Positions 37,401-50,894 are shown, counted from the first letter of the stretch. The stretch is DNA of 64,000 bases from Callorhinchus milii (GCF_018977255.1 NW_024704743.1:12712001-12776000); one strand, 5' to 3'. Made by a program: numbers and translations. Notes: generated by a model from the letters alone, not told the origin.

Positions 37401-39125
37401 CAGTTTTGGAGTGCAGGTTGACGAGATCTATGATATGTGGGGCAAGGAAGTGGAGCTGGGAGATAAGGAGTGGAGTGGGGATGGGGTCAAGGGAGCAGGT
37501 GGTGGGTTTCAGGGACAGGATAAGGTTGGTGACAGAGGGTGGGGAAACGGGTTCGAAAGTGCGTAGGGGAGGATGGGTAGGAGTCGGAGTGTGGGAGGGA
37601 AGGGGTGGGGGTTGGGTGGAAGTTGGAGGGGCAGTGAGCGCGGAGCGGATTCCCTTGATTTTGGATTCCAGGAAATCCAGCATCTCCTCGCAGTGAAGGT
37701 TGGAGGAGATGACCTGCGCGGGGTGGCGGGGTGGACGAGGCGTATGTGGTAGATGTGGTAGAGAACAGAAGCCTGGGGTTGTTCTTCGCTTCCAGGATTA
37801 TCCTGGAGTAGAAGGACAACTTGGCTGAGGCTAAAGTGGAGCGGTAGATTTTGAGGAGGTCCAGCCAGATTTGTCGGTGGACCGTTAGGCCAGATTTGAG
37901 GCAGGTGCGTTCAGCGGGCCGCACCTGGCTCTTCAGTGAGCGGAGGTGGGTGGTGAACCAGGGGGAAGAGCGAGAGTAAGAGACAGTATGGGAGGTGATG
38001 GGGGCAAGAGTGTCGAGTGTGGAGGAGAGGGTGTTGTGGAGGAGGGTGAGAACAGAAGAGGGGTCAGTGAGGGATGAAGGCCAGAGGGAGAGGAGTTCAG
38101 AGGACTCCAAGGCAGCGGTTAGGGATTGTGGGGGTTACTTCTTCCAGGGTGGTAGAAGATGGTGGTGGGTCTGGTGGAGGTGGGGAGGGGGGCGGAGGTG
38201 ATGTAGGAGATGAAATGGTGATCGGAGATGGCCTTGTCGGTAATGGTGACATCCGAGACACTGAGGCCCCGGGTGATCACCAAATCGAGTGGGTGGCCGT
38301 GACTGTGAGTGGTGGAGTTGATGTGGAGGGAGAGGTTGAGAGAGGAGAGCAGGGAGGAGAAGTCCGAGGAGATGGAGCAGGAGGGGGTGAAGTGCAGGTT
38401 GAAGTCGCCCAGGATGATGAGGCGATCAGAGCAGAGGCAGAGAGATGTTAGTAGGGTAGAGATATCGGAGATGAAGGTGGGAGAGGTTTTAGGGGGCCAG
38501 TAGAAGACGAGGATTTTGAGTGAGAGATAGGAGGGGTGGGAGAGGGTGAGGTGCTCAAAAGAGGGGAAAGAGCCAGAGGAATAGGGGGATAGGATGTCCT
38601 TGAGATAAGGGCTACACCACTGCCATGGCGGTTGGGGCGAGGGATGTGGTGGGAGGTGTAGCTGGGTGGTGTGACCTCCGTGAGGGGGAAGGTGTCGCCT
38701 GGGGCGAGCCAGGTTTCCGTTAAGGCCATGATGTCAACGCTCCCATCAAGGATGAGATCGTTGATGACCAGGGCCTTATTACAGACGGAATGGACGTTTT
38801 GTAGTCCGATGTGGAGGGAGCGGTTGACAAAAGGGTGTGTGGGGAGGGAGGGGGTTCCAGGTTGTGAGGCAGGGGTGGGGGGATAGGGATGAGGGAGGAG
38901 AGGTTGGCTCCCTGGGCCTGTGTCCAGGGTGGCTGGTGAGTGTGGTGGGGAATGGGGCAGTCGGTGTGGAGTGCCACGGTGAGCCCAGCGGAGGATTCCC
39001 AGGGAGGGGGTGAGGGGGCTCGGGTTAGAGCGCCAGCCATAATGCGCACGCGGGGACCGGGAGCGAGCGGTCAGGTGGATGGCATTAGCCCGTAGGCCGG
39101 GGCTGGGGCAGCCAACCCAACAGGG
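34419..39125 (-). mobile_element. Young L2 LINE with near-complete ORF2 (APE endonuclease plus RT), split by a nested L2 at 35987-37413
   Basis: Endonuclease motif MALTETWL near 38730; [40 protein letters not shown]; (GTT)n tail at 34419. Host sequence is continuous across 37414/35986. Confidence 0.93.
35987..37413 (-). mobile_element. 5'-truncated L2 copy nested in the same family and orientation
   Basis: Has its own (GTT)n tail at 35987-36002 and an intact [12 protein letters not shown] is duplicated at the junctions. Confidence 0.85.
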
Positions 39126-39289
39126 CTAAAAGGCCTGTGTTATGGGTCTGCTAGACATTTGTTTAGTCACACGGATCACAAACTCGCCATTCAAAAAATG
39201 GCTACGTCTTACTCCTTTCCAACCCCGTTGACAGGCCTCGCACAGAGAGCTAAGTTTGGCTACAGGAATGCACTTGCCTTTATTTGTAC

Positions 39290-40993
39290 CCGTACCCGTT
39301 TCCCCACCCTCTGTCACCAAACTCATCCTATCCCTGAAACCCACCACCTGCTCCCTTGACCCCATCCCTACTCCACTCCTTATCTCCCAGCTCCACCTCC
39401 TTGCCCCACATATCACAGACATCGTCAACCTGTCCCTCTCCTCTGGCTCTGTTCCCATTCCCTTAAAAACTGCCACCATCACTTCCACCTTGAAAAAACC
39501 CTCCCTTGATGCGTCGCAGCTATCACACTACCGGCCCATCTCCAACCTCCCTTCCTGTCCAAGGTCCTGGAACGAGTTGTCGCCTCCCAGCTGCGCTCTT
39601 TCCTCTCCACCCATTCATTATTCGAACCTCTTCAGTCGGGTTTCCGTGCTGCCCATAGCACAGAAACTGCCCTGGTCAAGGTCACCAATGACATCTTGAC
39701 CATCTGTGACCAGGGCCCCCTCTGCCTCCTCGTCCTCCTCGACCTATCGGCCGCATTCAATACGGTCGACCACTCTATCCTCCTCCACCGCTTGTCCTCC
39801 CACCTCAACCTTCAAGGCCCTGTCCTTGAGTGGTTTAGGTCGTACCTCTCCCACCGTCTTCACTTTGTTTCCACGAATGGTTTTTCCTCCGGACCCCGCA
39901 CTCGTGCGGTGTCCCTCAGGGCTCTGTCCTCGGTCCTCTCCTCTTCACCCTCTATATGCTCCCCCTGTGGTGACATCATCCGCAGACATGGGGTTAACTT
40001 CCACATGTATGCGGATGACACCCAACTCTACCTTTCCTCCTCTACCCTCAACTCCACGACCACCGATGTCCTGACAGCCTGACTGTCCGACATCGAGTCC
40101 TGGACGAGAGACAACTTTCTTCAGCTCAACGTGCGCAAAACTAAGGCCCTCCTGATTGGCTCACGTCAGCGCCTCCGCACCTCAGGCGCTGACACCATCA
40201 GCATCCAAGGCTGCACTCTCCACCTCTCAAAGCCAATCAGGAACCTCGGGGTTCTGTTCGACCCTGAGCTGTCCTTTCTCCCCCATATCCGCACCACAAC
40301 TGGCACCGCCTTCCATCACCTCCGGAATGTCGCCAGACTACGGCACTACCTCACCCCTCACGCGGCTGAAACCCTGGTTCACGCCTTTATCACCTCAAGG
40401 CTGGACTATGGGAACTCTCTCCTCGTCGGCCTTCCCGGCACCTCCCTCCACAAGCTGCAGGTCATTCAGAACTCTGCAGCTCGTGTACTGTCCCGCACCA
40501 GGCTTCGGGACCACAGCACTCCCACCCTCGCTCGCCTCCACTGGCTCCCCATCCCCCAGAGGATTGATTTCAAGATCCTCATCCTCACCTACAAGGCCAT
40601 TCACGGCCTTGCTCCCTCCTACCTCTCCAACCTACTATCCCCTACCTACCTGCCCGTACCCTCCGTTCCTCCGGCTCCGGTCTGCTCCACATCCCCCGCC
40701 CCAACCGCCCTACCATCGGTGGCCGGGCCTTCAGCCTCTCAGCCCCCAGGCTCTGGAACTCCATCCCCCAGTGCCTTCGCCGCCTCCTCCCTTTCCTCCT
40801 TCAAGGCCGGTCTCAAGACCTTTCTCTTTGATCGTGCCTTTAGCTCCACTCTCGACTCTCTACCCCCTCCTCGCTCCCTCCCTTCACCCTGACCATTTCC
40901 CCCCTGCTCGGATCCTGACCCAACTGTACAGCGCCTTGGGACGTCCCCCCGACGTGAAAGGCGCTCTATAAATGGAATCTTGTTGTTGTTGTT
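39290..40993 (+). mobile_element. Young L2 LINE, 5'-truncated
   Basis: RT motifs including [10 protein letters not shown]; same family as 34419-39125; (GTT)n tail. Confidence 0.95.
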
Positions 40994-41896
40994 CTTGCAG
41001 ACGTGAATGAGTCTTATCAATTTGATAAAACACTTTTCTGGCTCAAGAAAAACCAAAAACAAACGTCTAAACTAATTATAAAGAAGTTAAAACAATTGCA
41101 TTTTTGAATTATTCCTCATTTCGTAGGATTGCTACAACAAATGTTTTAAGACATTTATCTCTTCCTAAAAAAAATGATGATGAAATCTGCCTCCGGAATA
41201 TTTGCATATCAATTGGCACCAGATTCTAAATCCTAGTATGCGTGGGCATGTGAGGAGCTGCATTAATCAGGCGTGAGCAGCTTGTAATTGCCACCCACTC
41301 CCCATTCTCCAGTGTTAAAACTCGAGTGGCAATGAGGTTAGTTTTATGTGGCCTTAACCACCATTCTGGTCAGTGCATAATATTTCCTAGGAAGGACACG
41401 ACTCCAGCCTTGAGGATTACTCACAACTAGGGGTACTTTTTAAACTGCTCCAGTCCATTCTTTTCAGTGAGTACTGCCTGCCCGTGGGTACTCATTCAGA
41501 TGTAAACAATTTTAGATAATATTGGTGAAGATTACGTTTAAAGTCTTACTATAAAGGCCAGCAAATACTGTAGTTAGGGAAGAGTTTTTTTAAAAAAACC
41601 TTACCTCCATAAATTAAACATCAAAACACCCTTGAATGAATGGTTGCGTGGAATTTAAATTGCCCCAATGAGACCATACATTGCTGCCAATTCGCCTACA
41701 AAAATACAAAAAAAGTTACTTCACCTAACAGTAAATACTGTGAAGTATTTTGAACCACCCTCCTGACTTGATACACACAGTATCAAATTCAAGGGTCATA
41801 ATTATTATTATCATTATTATTATAGAGCACCCAATGGAAAACATACACTCTCCCCAGTGGGACCGTACATGCCTCCAACCAGACTTTATATGCCAT

Positions 41897-42135
41897 GTGG
41901 AGTCCTGTAGCTCAGTGGTTACGAACCCGGTTGTTGGTCAATTGGTGGATTATTTTTCCGGGTGTAATAATTCCTTCAAAAAATTAAATTAAATAATAAT
42001 AAATTGATCACTCAATCCATGACTGTTTGTGGGACACTGTTGTGCGCAATTGGCTGCCATGTTTCACCCACAGAATATAGTCAATTCACTTTACAGTATA
42101 TTCTGTGAAGGGCTTTGAGACATCTCGAAGACAAC
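41897..42135 (+). mobile_element. Internally deleted Deu-SINE
   Basis: Head GTGGAGTCCTGTAGCTCAGTGGTTA joined directly to the middle segment. Confidence 0.82.
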
Positions 42136-42518
42136 AACAATCACTTGCATTGTTTCCATCCTCCCCTGTCTCTACACTCTGCCTCCCCACCCCCGGGTAT
42201 GGTTCACAAGTGCCAACCATAGGCTCCTTTAGTGGCAAAATATGTCAAAGCTCTTCACAGATATCACTGTTATATGTTGGGATAGTATTCAACCGTGGGC
42301 ATCCCCACCAAGGTCAATCTTATCCTCACCTAATATCCTTGTCCTTGTGTGATATTGAAAACTTATGTACCCTCCAGAAAAATTTGCTGGTCAATACTCA
42401 GAAGCAGGAACAGGGGCTGATTTTCTCCAACACTGGGTGTGAAGGTCAATTGTGAAACCCACCCGCTGAGGTAACCTAACTCATCACCTTATTTGTCGCT
42501 CATTTTTATTGTTCTATA

Positions 42519-42855
42519 TAATAATAATCCTTGCATTTTATATAGCACCTTATCGCGTCTTTGAGACATCTCAAACACGTGATATACTGTAAAGTGAATT
42601 GACTGTATATTTTGTGGGCGAAACACGGCAGCAGTGTCTCACAAACAGTCTTGGATTGAGTGACCAAATTTTTTTTAAAGGGATTATTACCCCCAGAAAA
42701 GCGATCCGCCAATCGACCAACAACTGGGTTCCTACTTCCTGCTAGGTAAACAGAGGCGTGTGGAGTAAGGAAAACTGCCCAACATTTCGCCCTGTCCAGG
42801 AATCGAACCCAGGTCCTCTCGCTTGCGAGGCAAGTGCTCTAACCACTGAGCTACA
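42519..42855 (-). mobile_element. Deu-SINE long form
   Basis: A/B boxes, middle segment and (ATT)n tail. Confidence 0.9.
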
Positions 42856-43039
42856 TGACTAAATATATGAGTATTACTAAAGCGGGAGTTAGAGCGTACA
42901 GGTGCCACTGAAAGGGTTCTTTTGAACAAAATGGGTTCAGGAACCTACAATCTCGCAGAGTTAACATTTGGCACAATTACCATGTAACTGAACAAATCTA
43001 ACATTCCAACCCTTTCCTTCTCTCCCTGGTGAACGCCCT

Positions 43040-44110
43040 TCTGTGGCAGGAGCCGGTGGTTGGGAGGACTCAGCGTGGAGAGTGAAAATAATACCGGCCA
43101 TTACTGCTGTTGGGGAAGGAGATGGGGAGAGGAGGGGGGAGGGAGAGAGGGGAGGAGATGGAGGGAGAGGGGAGGAGAGGAGGGGGAGGGGGAGAAAGGT
43201 AGAAGGGAGAGGTGGGGTGGGAGGAGAGGGGCGGGAAGGGAGGAGAGGAGGGGCGGGAAGGAAGAAGGGAATGGAGGGTGTGGGGAGGAGGGGGGAGGGG
43301 TAGGAGGAGGGGGGTGAGAGAGGGGGGGGGGTGAGAGAGGGGGGTGGGGGAGAGGGGGGAGAGTGATTCAGAGGGGGAGGTGGAGTGTGAGAGGGAAGAG
43401 AGACTGTGAGAAGGGGAGTGAAAGTAATTGCAAGTATGTGAAAGGAGAGTGTGTGAGAGAGTTCATGAGACCCCCTCCTCCATCTCACACCCTCTCACAG
43501 TCTCTCTTCTCTCTCACACTCCACCTACCCCTCTCAATCACTCTCTCCCCCTCTCCTCCTCTCTCACTTCGCCTCTCTTCACACACCCTCTCTCAATCTC
43601 CCCGTTTCTCCCTCTCCCTCACATTCACTGTTCCCACCTTACACTCTCTCCCCCTCACACTCAATCTCTGTGTTCTCACCTCTCAGTCTCTCTCTCACTC
43701 CCTTTACCTCTCTCACACACACTCTCTCTCCATCCTCCCTCTAATCCCCCGCTCATCAACCTTATTAACCACCCTCATTAACCCCCACCTCATTAACCCC
43801 CACCTCATTAACCACCCCTCCACTCATTAATCCCCCATCTAACCCCCCAAACCCCACTCTCTCTAACCCCCCTCTCTCTCTCCCCTCTTCGTCTCTCCCC
43901 CTCTCAACCCCTCTCTCCCAATCAGCCGCGTGGGTCACTCTCTGCAGCAGAAGCTGGCGGTTACTGAGGCCGCGGTTGGTAAGACACGTGTTTGCCGTCC
44001 TGACCGACCACAGTAATGGTCAGTATTGTTTCCACTCTGCGCTCCGTCTGCCCGACCGCTGCTCCCGCTGTTGCTCAGGGAGGGAGGGGGGAGGGGGGAG
44101 GGGGCTTCCT
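43040..44110. repeat. ~1.1-kb foldback element: complex outer inverted repeat enclosing a purine-rich half and a pyrimidine-rich half
   Basis: 43048-43112 is an imperfect reverse complement of 44003-44070; inner inverted arms 43355-43465 and 43470-43590 are centred near TCATGA. Confidence 0.75.
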
Positions 44111-44546
44111 GGTGGACCACGCTGATGGAGGATATTAGTAACAGAAAAAATATTGGAGAAGCAGATTTTTTAAACAAAGTAAGTTGCTAATGAATGGTTA
44201 AACATAGAATAGACTCGCACAACAGAATTATAAAAATGGGATGACATTTTCAATGCTGCCTGGATTTGCTTTCAATAGCTCCAGTGATTGTCCAGGTTGT
44301 CAGGTCTCTGGTTTATTTAATTAATCTGCCACATCAGATCTTGTTTTCCCCTCGGTTCAAACATAGCTTTCCCCTGTAAATTCAAAGCCTCAGGATTTAC
44401 TCTGAAACAGAAGGAATCAAAGTTTAGTCATCAAGACCCAATATTGTGAAATCTCAGTCACCAGGGTCTGACAGGGTTTCCAAATGAACAGCACCTTAAA
44501 TGTAAGAACAACACTGTCTATTACGATGTATCCTCCAGTGGCTTAC

Positions 44547-45302
44547 CTTGACATACTTAAAAGCAACAAGATGTTTTTAATATTAATGATTTTTTTTCAA
44601 ATGGAGTTTAGGATCTGACAGGGGATTTACTTATTAATATTCAAAGACACTCAATCAACTATTTCAAGCATCGCTCCCTATTCTGGATTACACGTATATA
44701 TATTCACTGTCTGGCAGGATTGGAACCACTGGCATTAGACAGATCAAACCCTCACCTCATTCACACCAGAAATTTATTTCAGCATCCGAGCTTCCTTCAC
44801 ATCACTGCCAGGAGATCCAACAGAAAGACATCAGTTACCAGTGCACGGGAGCCATGTGTGCTGTAGCAGGCCATGCCAGGTGGTTCAAACATGCCTGCAA
44901 GATCCTGTAAGATATTTTGGTTTCTTTCAAGAATAGTATTCAAATCCTTTCAATTAGCCTTGCCCTGCTGGGGTTAGGAACAAGCTTGATGTAATAATGA
45001 TGAGCCCTTTTGTATCCTCAATCTCAATTTACTTCTGCAATGAGGTGCTAGTATGTTGCTTGAAACTTTGAGGAATTAAATTAACTGTCACTATCACACC
45101 ATGTTTTGATGTGGACAAAAATGTATTCAAGGATTTTATGCAAAATATTCTGGTCACAGGTATAAAAGAAATAAACGTTGCTTCTACATGTGTAATAGCT
45201 GCTGATTCCTCTCATTAAAGATTACAGGATCTTCCTCGATATCTTCCTCCCAAATGTCTAACTGCTCTTCTCTCAAGCTTCTCTCAATGGAAGAAAAATA
45301 GC
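44547..45302 (-). pseudogene. Pseudo-exon E4
   Basis: tttcaacag|GC ... AAG|GTAAGC. Translation YFSSIERSLREEQLDIWEEDIEEDPVIFNERNQQLLH / RSNVYFFYTCDQNILHKILEYIF ... KNILLLLSMS (cf. KIAA0825 KNLHTYLSTA). Frameshifts and stops; phase-2 end fits E5. Confidence 0.55.
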
Positions 45303-46529
45303 CTGTTGAAATTATTGTTTGAAAGGAGTTTGTTAATGGAGCATCAACTCCTTTTGTTAGGAGTCTTTTCCACATGTTTAAGAATGGGAAAGAAATTCTT
45401 CTAATTGTATGATGGATATTGAGGAAGGTAGTTCTCCAAACTAATCTTTCTTGTTTATACACAGGTTGGAAACAAACATAGACCAAAACTAATGACAGCT
45501 AGTTTATTAAGTTTTTGATCAGCATGTGGATTGCATTCAATCACTGAGAAATGTCAGCCATTACCTCAGATAAAAGCAATTACACATTTCTTAATATTAT
45601 AAGTACAGACAATGTGAAAACCCTAACTTCGATCAGAGCCATCCTTCATTAAGGATATCAAAACAAGGAGCAGCGTTGATTTAAAATACATGCATCACTC
45701 CATGTGAGCAAAAAATTAGTGCAAATATTTTCACAATTCATCAAGCACATCTCCATTTCACAATTCACTGCATTGTTAAACAGAAGCAACAGCTAAATGA
45801 TTCCAATCAGTTTCAGAAAACATTTCATTCATTTATTTCCATGCTTCATTTATCTAAGAAAATTGGATCGTTAGGGGAATCACTCCAAATGAGATCATCT
45901 CCTCCTGCACCTCAGAGTATCTTATCAGGTCTGCTTCTTACCAGAGCTTATTTTCAATAAATTTATCTTTTTAAAAATGAGTATAAACCACATTTAAAAC
46001 TTAATTTTGAAGTTGAAATATCCTTAAAAAGTCTACATTGATGAAAACTTATTTTTGCAATGTAAGATAGAACAAGAAAAGGCTAATTGGCTGCTCCTTC
46101 CACATACCAGGCAAAACCTGCAAATCATAGGCTTCCCTCACTCCCTCCACCTCCAGGGAAAGCTATTGCGTAAAGATCCACAAAGGCGATCAAGTAACTA
46201 CTCAACAATTCATCCATTTACTATTCAAACCCATTTGTTCATCTCCATCTGTATTTGTTGCTGTATCTTTGGGAGAAAGCATAGCAATCTTTACATTTGG
46301 CTGTTCTATAGCTGAAGTAGAACTATTTGTTGGAAAACAATTGACTGCTGTGTTTCGTCCACAAAATACACAGTCAATCCACTTTACAATATATTCTGTA
46401 AGGCGCTATATCAAATGCAAGGATTATTATTATTATTTATTAACAAATGACTCCCACATTCCGATCTCTAATAGTGCTAAATATTCAGTAAATAATAGGC
46501 GACACCAGGCGATACCTTCCTCCTGTCTG

Positions 46530-48420
46530 AGGCCACACCACCCGGCTATACCTTCCACCATACCCTATGACCTAACCAGCCGTGGTGGTGGTGTGGCTCT
46601 CATCTCCAAGTCCCCACTTGCCCTCCCCCACCTTTCTCTCTCACATCTCCACCCTCCTGCCTCTGCTCTGAACTCCTCATTCTTGGTGAATTCAACCTGG
46701 ACTTCACCTCCTCTTGCCCCATCTCCGCTGACTTCTCTCTCCTCTCCTTCACAACCTCTCCCTCCCCATCCACACTGCCATGTCCATGGCCACCCTCTTG
46801 ACCTGGTGATTAGCCAGGGCCTCAGAGTCTCAGACCTCACCATCATCAACAATGCCATCTTGGATCATTACTTCATCTACCTTAACCCCTTAATTCCTCT
46901 CCCCAATGCCACCCAACCCACCTCCATCTCCTAATGTGCCTGGAAAAAAATCTTCCACCCCCGTGGCCCTCTCCGCTGTCTTGGGAGTCATCTGAACTCC
47001 TCCCCCTCTGGGCTTTCTCCCGCACTGACCTATCCTCCTCGGTCATGCTCCTCCACAATTCCCTCTCCATCACTCTCGATGTCCTTGCCCCCCTCACCTC
47101 CCAAACCGCCTCCTGTTCACGGAAGTTACCCTGATACAGCAGCCACCTCTGCTTCCTCAAAGCACAGGTGTGTGCTGCCGAAAGCACTTGGCTCAAATCT
47201 AACTTAACGATCCATCGGCAGATCTGGCTGGACCTCATCAAAACTTACCGCTCCACCCTCACCTCTGCTAAATTATCCTTCTACTCCAAGTCAATCTTGG
47301 ACGCGAAGGACAACCCCAGGCTCCTCTTCTCCATTGCCAACCGGCTCCTCTACCAACCCACTCACACCTCGTACATGCTCTCCTCCAACTGCGAGGAGAT
47401 GCTGGATGTCCTTGAAACCAAAATCAAGGGAATCTGCTCAACCACTTCTCCCCTTTCAACTACTACCCGCTCCCCATCTCCCCTTCACACCCCGACCACT
47501 ACACATACCTCCCTCCACACCTTCAAACCTGTCTGTCGCCCCCTCTCTCACCACCATTTAACCCACATGAAATCGACCACCTGCTCCCTCGACCCCATCC
47601 CTACCCCACTCCTTACCTCCCAGTTCCACTTCCTTGCCCCTACTCGCAGACATCATAAACCTGTCCACTGGCACCATTCCCACCCCTTTAAAAACAGCTG
47701 TTATCACTCCTGTCCTTAAAAAACCCTCCCTGGACCCATCCCTGCTCTCAAATTACCACCCCATCTCCAACCTCCCTTTCCTTTCCAAGGTCCTGGAACA
47801 AGTTGTTGCTTCCCAGCTTCACTTCTCCTGTCCGCCACTCCCTTCCCAAACCCCTCCAATCAGGTTTCCATGCCGCCCACAGCATAGAAACAGCTCTGGT
47901 CAAAGTGACAAATGACATTTTGTCCATCTGTGACCAGGGCTCTCTCTGTCTCCTCGTTGTATTTGACCTCTCTGCTGCCTTCGATACCGTTGACCAGTCT
48001 ATCCTCCTCCACTGCCTCTCCTCTAACCTCAACCATCACGGTTCTGTCCTTGACTGGTTCAGATCCCACCTCTCATACCGTCTCCACTTCATCTTCACAA
48101 ATGGTTTCTCCTCCAGCCCCCGCACCGTCTCATGCGGCGTTTCTCGGGGCTCGGTCCTTGGTCCCCTCCTCTTCAATATCTACAAGCTCCCTCTTGGTGA
48201 CATCATCTGCAGCATGGGGTCAACTTCCACTACTCAACTCTATCTCTCTGTGTTCATCCTCGACTCCAGGACCACTGCTATCCTGACAGAATGTCTGTCA
48301 GACATCAAGTCCTGGATGAGAGCTAACTTTCTACAGTTGAACGTCAACAAGACCGAAGCTCTCCTGATTGGCTCCGTCAGCACCTCCACACCTCAGGCAC
48401 TGACAGCATCACCATCCAGG
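46530..48420 (+). mobile_element. Older L2 LINE (endonuclease plus RT N-terminal part), 3' end missing
   Basis: RGGGVALISK, HGHPLDLVI, TCSLDPIPT, QSGFHAAHSIETAL; many frameshifts. Confidence 0.9.
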
Positions 48421-48950
48421 GATCTATAACAAGTTGGGGGTGTGGGGGAGGGAGACCAAAGCAAAGTAAATTTGTCCTGATGTCCTGCAGATTAATTGTT
48501 CATTCTGGCGTGTGTGACCTTCCTGCATGCAAAGTGAACACTATATTTGTCTACTAAAACAAGTCCTGACATGGGGCTTCAATCCAAAACCTTCCAACCC
48601 ACAGGCCACAAATTGAGCCAACCCGTTATTTGCAGGGCATACATTTGAAGAGAAAATGTCACAGAAGAGCTGACAGTCCAAAGCCACTGACAAATCCACA
48701 AACACATAACTGTGAACTCACAAAACACATTTGTCTTGCTGTTTGCTGGAAAGAGTAGCAGAATAGCTACTGCAGGAGTACTTAAATTCACAGTTTAGGT
48801 CAATTTAATCTATAATGCAGCAGAAAAGATGTAGGATCCTCCAAGTTAATTTTAACAATCCCATGACAGAAGGCCACTTGCTCTCATTCCAATCTCCATT
48901 GCACCTCATTAACTTTAATATGTTTTATGCAGCAAGAACCACCAAGTACA

Positions 48951-49327
48951 CAAAAGGCAAAATAGTGCAGATGCTGGAAATCTGAAATAAAAACAGAAGT
49001 CACTGGGAACACGCAGCAGGTCAGGCAGCATCTATAAAGTGAGGAAAATGAGTTAATGTTTCAGGTCGATAACCTTTCGTTAGAACTGGGGGATGTTGGA
49101 AGGGAGCAGATTATAAGGACAAGCAGAGAAGGGAGCGGGCCATCACCCACATAAATTTTTCCTTTGTCTTTCTTTCCCCGCCCCCTTTTCTGTTATCCTT
49201 ATAATCTGCTCCCTTCCAACATCCCCCAGTTCTGACAAACGGTTATCGACCTGAAATGTTAACTCATTTTCCTTTCTCCGTAGATGCTGCCTGAAATGCT
49301 GGGTGTTTCCAGCGACTTCTGTTTTTA
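48951..49327. mobile_element. Penelope-like element terminal inverted pair with TSD
   Basis: CACCAAGTAC at 48940-48949 and 49328-49337; ~140-bp inverted arms; degenerate CTGAnGA-stem-GAAA cores in both arms. Confidence 0.78.
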
Positions 49328-49696
49328 CACCAAGTACGCACTTACTGCAAGACCAAATTACTGCATTGTTAAAGCATTTTTTAATATTGCTTTAGAGATA
49401 ACTTTATTAAAGCATGATTGTAAGACCTGAATGAGATCTATTTGGTAGGAAAATATTAACTGCATAATCTTTCTAAGACTCAAAGCGAAACCAGAATCTA
49501 AATGGTTTCACCTCCTCAGTGGTTTCCCCTCCATAATAGAGAGCTGACAGTGTTGTATTTGTCAACTATGTAAAGTAAACGCTCTGTGCAGTTTCAGGTA
49601 TAAATTTGTCCAACTTTCTCTATGAATATTTTAGAAATGGGACAAGACAAATCCAGCCATTTAATCAGCACCTAATATTCTCTGAAATTAGATAAG

Positions 49697-50033
49697 GAGT
49701 CCCGTAGCCTAGGGAAGCACGCTCACCTCACAAGCGAGTGCCCTGGGTTCAATTCCCGGGTAGGGCGAAATGTTGAGCAAGTTTCCTTACTCCACATGCC
49801 TCTGTAGGAACTTGGTTTTCAATTGCTGGATTGCTTTCTGGGGGTAATAATCCCTCAAAAATGTTTTTAGGTCATTCATTCCATAACTGTTTGTGGGACA
49901 CTGTTGTGTGCAATTGGCTGCCGCAGTTTGCCCACAAAATACAGAGTCAATACACTTTACAATATATTTTGTGAAGCGCTTTGAGACAACTCAATGATGT
50001 GATAAGGCGCTGTATCAAATGCAAGGATTATTC
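49697..50033 (+). mobile_element. Deu-SINE
   Basis: tRNA head with B box GGTTCAATTCC, Deu core and tail. Confidence 0.85.
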
Positions 50034-50119
50034 TTATAAGGATGTATTCCATTCCAAATGGAATATCCGTGTGTAGGTAGCATGCATGGAACTCTCAGCT
50101 TGATTTGGATATTCTTTAC

Positions 50120-50756
50120 CCTGGTGATCGGTTTCCACATGTCAGACACCTTGCTGACCAGAAGAAAATAATTCTAGAGATCCATCTAGTTATCTTTCAA
50201 GATGCCTCTCTGGTTCCAATTATACTAAACCAAAGTTCCCAAATGGCTGTTAAATGAATAACCATAAAACCAATAAAACAAACAAAACCAATTTTCTTCC
50301 CATAATATCTTAACCTGTGCCTTTGGGTTTTTTGATTGCTTCTTTATTAGATAGTAAAAGCACCTGCTTAAATTGGATTTTCCCCTACACCCCCCACCCC
50401 CCACAAGACAGCTTTGCAATATTATAGAGCAATCTAATGTTTGTTAAAGAGGTTTATGGTCTAGAGATCACAGAAACGTCAATGCACAGCAGGGACTCAT
50501 TGCCCAATCCAAATCCACAGTTAAATCTGCAGAGACTATCACAAGGCTTCAACAAAGTTCCTGAAACAAATGTCAGCTTTCAAGTTCACATAACAGAAGT
50601 TTATATAAAATACTTCAATGTTTTAATGAGCTTTGTTAAAAATATTACTTCAGTTCCAGACAACATCATCTATCTGTTCATTGAGTCGTGATATGAATCA
50701 CTATTTTCTACTTATAAACCACCTCATTACACTTGTCAAGGAACAACAAACTGCAT
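50120..50756 (-). pseudogene. Pseudo-exon E3
   Basis: ctggtttag|A at 50756; donor CAGG|GTAAAG at 50120. LSGTEVIFLTKLIKTL (50601-50669) resembles KIAA0825 LPLDKVEFLSQLIKSF. Many stops. Confidence 0.5.
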
Positions 50757-50894
50757 CTAAACCAGAGAGCTGTACTTGGAATGGAAGCTGAGGCTTTTTT
50801 TTCATGCCTAGAATTTTGTAAATTTCATTATTTACTTGATGCAAAACAGAGACATTTATAAACACCAGCTTTCAAAACAGATTTCCAGAAGATA

